From Lepidodermella squamata (taxonomy: Eukaryota; Animalia; Gastrotricha): a stretch of 64,000 nucleotides of DNA. Under the pieces are notes generated by a model. It was not told the DNA's origin, did no database searches, and was given only the letters and a program-made list of their open reading frames with translations. The position numbers and the translations under genes were made by a program. Where the stretch lies: contig JBLDXI010000004.1 of the NCBI GenBank assembly GCA_047495785.1, positions 310,001-374,000 on the forward strand, given 5' to 3'. Every line of letters starts with the position of its first letter. Within the stretch, counting starts at the first letter, position 1. Below, piece after piece: positions 62,731 through 64,000 of this stretch.

Positions 62731-63752
62731 GCCCTCCGGGCAGAGTCTGTCTTTCGGCACGCAGAATAGCAATATCTCATTTGATTCATAATTGTTTACG
62801 CATTTAAGGTGTTGACCCTAAGAAAAAAAGGCGAAAATTGTCCTGGCTTCTTCCAACTATGCATGACGCCATATCATCTCTCGATAACTCACCACAAAAT
62901 CGGCAGTGTTGCGAACGACTTGAAAAAAGGGAAATTCAATGCTGTGCTGTTCTAGATGCTGTAGAACCATAGATAATAATAAAGATCGGAAGCTTACGAT
63001 CCTGCCATAGTGTCAAAATTTTAGGGTGCAAAGGTCACAATGTGCAAAGCCACATTTTTGTGCGTTTTATTTGAGCCATGTGCGCCTAGCTAAATGCATG
63101 TAAAATCGACCCATTTTTAAATTGATTTTTTGAAAAACGTCATTTTTCTGAATTTTTGATAATTTTTATCCTAGTACAACTTTTTCCGCTCTTTCAAACG
63201 AGACCAGGCTCGACTTCCTAGGACCTTTGCAAGGCCACATAGATATTCGCAAAGTAGGCCACAAAATCACGAAGATCGACGGGAATAAAAGTTATATATT
63301 TCGATAGCTTAGCCCATCCTGGTAAAGAAAATATTTTTTCTGAAATTTTCTGATCAAATTTTAACAATTTTTTCCGCCCCGACATAATCGACAAATTTCG
63401 ATCTTCGCAATTTTGTGACCTACTTTGCGAATATCTAGATGGCCTTGAAGTCGAGCCTGGTCTCGTTTGAAAGAGCGGAAAAAGTTGTACTAGGATAAAA
63501 ATTATCAAAAATTCAGAAAAATGACGTTTTTCAAAAAATCAATTTAAAAATGGGTCGATTTTACATGCATTTAGCTAGGCGCACATGGCTCAAATAATAC
63601 GAACAAAACTGTGGCTTTGCACATGGTGACCTTTGCACTCTAAAATTGTGACACTATGGCAGGATCGTAAGCTTCCGATCTTTATTATTATCTATGTGTA
63701 GAACTAACATCGTGTAAAATCCAAGCATCGTGGCAAAAGCAGTGATTGTAGT
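62731..63752 (-). pseudogene. Fragment of a gene A-like paralog (H)
   Basis: Exons TTITAFATM (8-nt deletion versus gene A gives a frameshift), VRNTADFV, and GQHLKCVNNYESNEILLFCVPKDRLCPEG (homolog of gene A GRYHQCVDD..LCVPKNSYCPEG). Confidence 0.7.
62968..63696. mobile_element. Foldback MITE with CATAG termini and 8-bp TSD (P-element-like)
   Basis: TIR of about 250 bp beginning CATAGATAATAATAAAGATCGG; TSD TGTAGAAC (62960-62967 / 63697-63704). The homologous gene A intron at ~2525 lacks it. Confidence 0.9.
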
Positions 63753-64000
63753 CTGAAATCAGGCAGGCAATTTTAGTAGCAATCGAAAACGTAGATCGAA
63801 ATTGAGAAATGGATACATTTGACATTTTTTAAATTAACTAAATTAATTTTTTTTATAAATTCTAAAATTCCAAAAAACCAGTGAGCGAAGTAGGATCCTC
63901 GGGGTACTTACGGGTATATTTTCAGTGCCGAATTTTTCGGAACCTCTCGAGTTATCCCGTACTCACCCCATCCCTCCCCCTCCTCCGCCCTTCTCTCCCG

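Overview
Eukaryotic, most likely invertebrate animal, genomic DNA with very short (about 40-70 nt) spliceosomal introns, so the ORF track shows only exon fragments. The window is dominated by a tandem family of secreted proteins: signal peptide, a variable number of unrecognised ~40-55 aa four-cysteine repeats (usually two mostly phase-0 micro-exons per repeat), and one or two non-canonical C-type lectin-like domains (CTLDs). By manual splicing I reconstruct seven paralogs (A-G) with 4, 6, 6+3 or at least 10 repeats, plus two pseudogene fragments. Also present: a minus-strand ankyrin gene; a trypsin-like protease with two sushi/CCP domains that can splice in frame onto an intronless ankyrin-repeat exon; a 10.3-kb CMC/CACTA-type (Mirage-like ends) transposon with an apparently intact spliced transposase; an L1/Tx1-like insertion with twin-priming geometry; an RTE fragment; a 3.3-kb TIR element inserted at CG; and many MITEs, several nested, with readable TSDs. 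All gene models are hand-made from sequence and need RNA support. No gene symbols can be assigned.
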